In this document: piece by piece, positions 44,463 to 47,009 of the stretch
How the letters are laid out: each line of letters begins with the position of its first letter
Numbering within the stretch: the first letter of the stretch is position 1
Assembly (NCBI GenBank): GCA_032718475.1
Contig: JAUCBJ010001809.1
Span: 1 to 47,009 of the forward strand
Source of the DNA: Nemertoderma westbladi
Taxonomy: Eukaryota > Animalia > Xenacoelomorpha
Length of the DNA: 47,009 nucleotides
Reading direction: 5' to 3'
Notes under the pieces: model-generated
Told to the model about the DNA's origin: nothing
The model's input: only the letters and a program-made list of their open reading frames with translations
The model's database searches: none
Translations under genes and position numbers: made by a program

Positions 44463-45866
44463 TTAGCTTATCGAGTTGGTGTGCAACACAGAATCTAAAA
44501 CCTGGAGGGCGCGATGGAGACGAACTTCGATCCAACAAGGAGTTTCTTTAATAGTTTGTCGTTGGTAGTCCGGCCCCCAACCCTTAACAAAACTCAAACT
44601 CACAGTACAAACTTTACGGAAGTCATCGACACTAAGAGAATTATGGTCATCGTTAGCGTCTAATAGGTCGACCTGCCTCAAATCCAGTGCCGCCCAACGG
44701 GCCGATAGCTGCTGCAACTGTAGATAGCATTGAACCAAATCGAACACCTGGATCCTCGCCTGGGGGTAAATCTTGTGTACGGCCTCGCCGGGAGAACGAC
44801 CGGCTTCCCGATCCAAATAGAAGCTCTGAGCAAAAACGCAATGGTCCGACAGACACTGCAGCCAAATATCGCCTTGGTCCTGCAGTGACAACTGGATCCC
44901 CCGGCCAATGTATTTCCTGGCTTTGTCGCTGTCCTCCGTGCGTTGCACGTTGGATAACTGGCCCAGACAAAATCGGTCGTCTAGTGACGGGTCTACGAAG
45001 CCGTCAACGACAACCGAGGGTCGGGAGTACAGTACCTTATAGGTGGGTCCGATCTGTTGGTCCAACTCGAAGTACGCAATGCTCGCCCAATGGTCAGGGG
45101 GCGTTTTGTTCTGCAGGATCTCGTCCAGTTCCGTTCGAGCGGTTTCGAAGCTCCTCGAGTAGACGGGAATGTTGGGGTCGATGCCGTCTTGGTTGTCCGT
45201 ATCGGGGATATTTGCCTGGTCCCACATCGGCCCCACCTCGTAGTCGGCCTCGGATTGTCCCGCACTAACTGGGGCAGTGTGGTGGGATTGCCGCACCACG
45301 GATGGCGAGGGCATTGCAACGTTGTTACGGCCCGAATGCATGGCAAGAAAGTGTCGATGCGGTTGCTGATGTTGTAGGGAAATAGGGGATGATTGAATTC
45401 CCATAGGGATCAAACCAGAATCATCCATATCTATGGACAAGGAACTAAGAGAAGATAAATCCAAACCAGGTGTAACAACACGCTCATAATGGTAAGGATT
45501 CACGCAGACGCTATCTCTCTTCAAATCAAACGCAAACTGGCAAAATGACAGAGGTTTAATTTCATTTTTCATGAGATCTGGCCATCTCCAAATGCGGGCG
45601 TATATAACATGTGGAAACCCCTTGCGTCCATCTACCTGCAAACGTCCGTCCAAAGTTCTCGCAATTGTAACACACCGACTGACATGGGATCCTGAGCTTC
45701 TCACGGCTGCAATTAGAGCATCAAGTTCCTCTTTTTTCTCCTTTAGCTTTTTCACCAAACTTTCGATAGCTTTTTTCGAGAAATTTTCGTTATACCCACC
45801 TCCCTGTCTGTGACACAGTAAACTATGCACAATGCTGACACAAGCGTCACTGCTTGAAACGGCCAT
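44463..45866 (-). CDS. SMAD4: Co-Smad SMAD4/Medea, 467 aa, uninterrupted CDS
   Basis: SMAD4-specific MH1 (SDACVSIVHSLLCHRQGG, KAIESLVKKLKEKKEELD, GRKGFPHVIYARIWRWPDL) and MH2 (DRFCLGQLSNV, YLDREAGRSPGEAVHKIYP, SFVKGWGPDY, ETPCWIEVRLHRALQVLD). Confidence 0.95.
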   Translation of the reverse strand: MAVSSSDACVSIVHSLLCHRQGGGYNENFSKKAIESLVKKLKEKKEELDALIAAVRSSGSHVSRCVTIARTLDGRLQVDGRKGFPHVIYARIWRWPDLMKNEIKPLSFCQFAFDLKRDSVCVNPYHYERVVTPGLDLSSLSSLSIDMDDSGLIPMGIQSSPISLQHQQPHRHFLAMHSGRNNVAMPSPSVVRQSHHTAPVSAGQSEADYEVGPMWDQANIPDTDNQDGIDPNIPVYSRSFETARTELDEILQNKTPPDHWASIAYFELDQQIGPTYKVLYSRPSVVVDGFVDPSLDDRFCLGQLSNVQRTEDSDKARKYIGRGIQLSLQDQGDIWLQCLSDHCVFAQSFYLDREAGRSPGEAVHKIYPQARIQVFDLVQCYLQLQQLSARWAALDLRQVDLLDANDDHNSLSVDDFRKVCTVSLSFVKGWGPDYQRQTIKETPCWIEVRLHRALQVLDSVLHTNSIS

Positions 45867-47009
45867 TCTGCCATTGAATTTATATATAATTCTGAATTGA
45901 ATTAAATCTATCAGTATGGAGTTTGAATCTTACCGGATCGGCAGACCGGTAATATGTAATATAAAGCAGTAAAGGCCTAGGCCAGTAGGCCTACCTGAAT
46001 AACTGTAGGCCTACGTACGGTAAAAACAGAACCGTCCCCTTGCTTAAATTACTGAATTATCAGTCTGTCCCAGTGTCGGTACAGCCGTAAGGGTACCTGC
46101 ACGCGGCAACGGGAATGTCTTTTCGGTAGAGCTCTGGCTGGAGCTGTAGCCGTAGAGCATAGAGTGTAAAGCAGTAAAGGTACGGTACCGTACCGGACCG
46201 GTAGTGGTATGCAGTACTTAAGTACACCTTGAGTACAGCTGTACAGCAGTATGTTCTCTTTATTCTATAGCACTTCACCAGTTGTGTTGTTTATTAATAT
46301 TAATATCGCCAGAATAACAATGAAACAATAATTTTTGCACATATACACTACCTGACTACACTGCACAGTAGATAACATAAAATGAACATCTGGCAAAGTA
46401 TACTAATAACACTTTCAATGCACTACCCACATAAGCAGACTGTCTGGCATATTATTTAAATATTGTGTTTTCCATTTGTACAGTATAAATTTTGTTTTTG
46501 TAGTAAATACTGTATAGAGTTAAATACAGTATATATACTTTATAGACATACATTGTATACACTCTAATCAAGTCTCACTACTACTAATGGTCACCCACGG
46601 AGGAGGAGGGAGGTGTGAAAGTGAAACTATTTCCAATTACATTTTTTGGGGAGAGCGGCCCATGTGAAAAAAAACAAGACTTTCTACCGTTATATTTCAC
46701 TTTTCAGTTACCCCATGTGAAGAATACCAGCACCAGGTTTTCACCAAAAACACAGGTTACAGAAGAGCTGAATATAACCAAAACCATAAACAAATCAGTA
46801 TATGTACAGGTTATAAGAAATAAATATGCGCTATAAAACACTTAATAGAGATAAATTAAAAAAAAATAAAAAATCTTCATAAAGTTGTTCATACAGTTTG
46901 TAGCAATTGGTCTGTCCGCCTTTTTCAAGTTTCGCTTTCTTAGTTACATAATTGGGAATAAGATGTGTGTTTGAAAAAGGTGGACTGGACACATGCACAA
47001 AAAACATAA

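Overview
Eukaryotic, metazoan-like (probably invertebrate) genomic DNA, AT-rich and dense in transposable elements. Five host genes are supported. The first is the 5' ten coding exons of a Drp1/DNM1L dynamin-related GTPase (minus strand, ATG at 9978, running off the left edge through a 45-bp minisatellite). The other four have uninterrupted coding sequences: a RUN+FYVE RUFY protein (-), RBM5/10 (+), protein disulfide isomerase P4HB (-) and SMAD4 (-). Mobile DNA includes one apparently intact two-ORF CR1/L2-group LINE, several truncated LINEs (three pieces of one RTE-like family), a TA-flanked 2.4-kb TIR element, several MITEs/foldbacks, a TIR-bounded element carrying a tRNA-like Pol III promoter, and minisatellites. 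Most notable: (1) LINE ORF1 and ORF2 are in the same frame, separated by one UGA in the read-through context UGA-CUA, with no usable AUG for ORF2; (2) the Drp1 minisatellite is a tandem amplification of an exon end plus its splice donor at the start of the variable domain; (3) four normally intron-rich genes are intronless next to an intron-rich one; (4) the SMAD4 ends in an R-Smad-like S-x-S; (5) AGGCCT/ACCGGT palindromes cluster at the 5' ends of all five genes. All calls come from reading the sequence by eye; no searches or folding programs were run.
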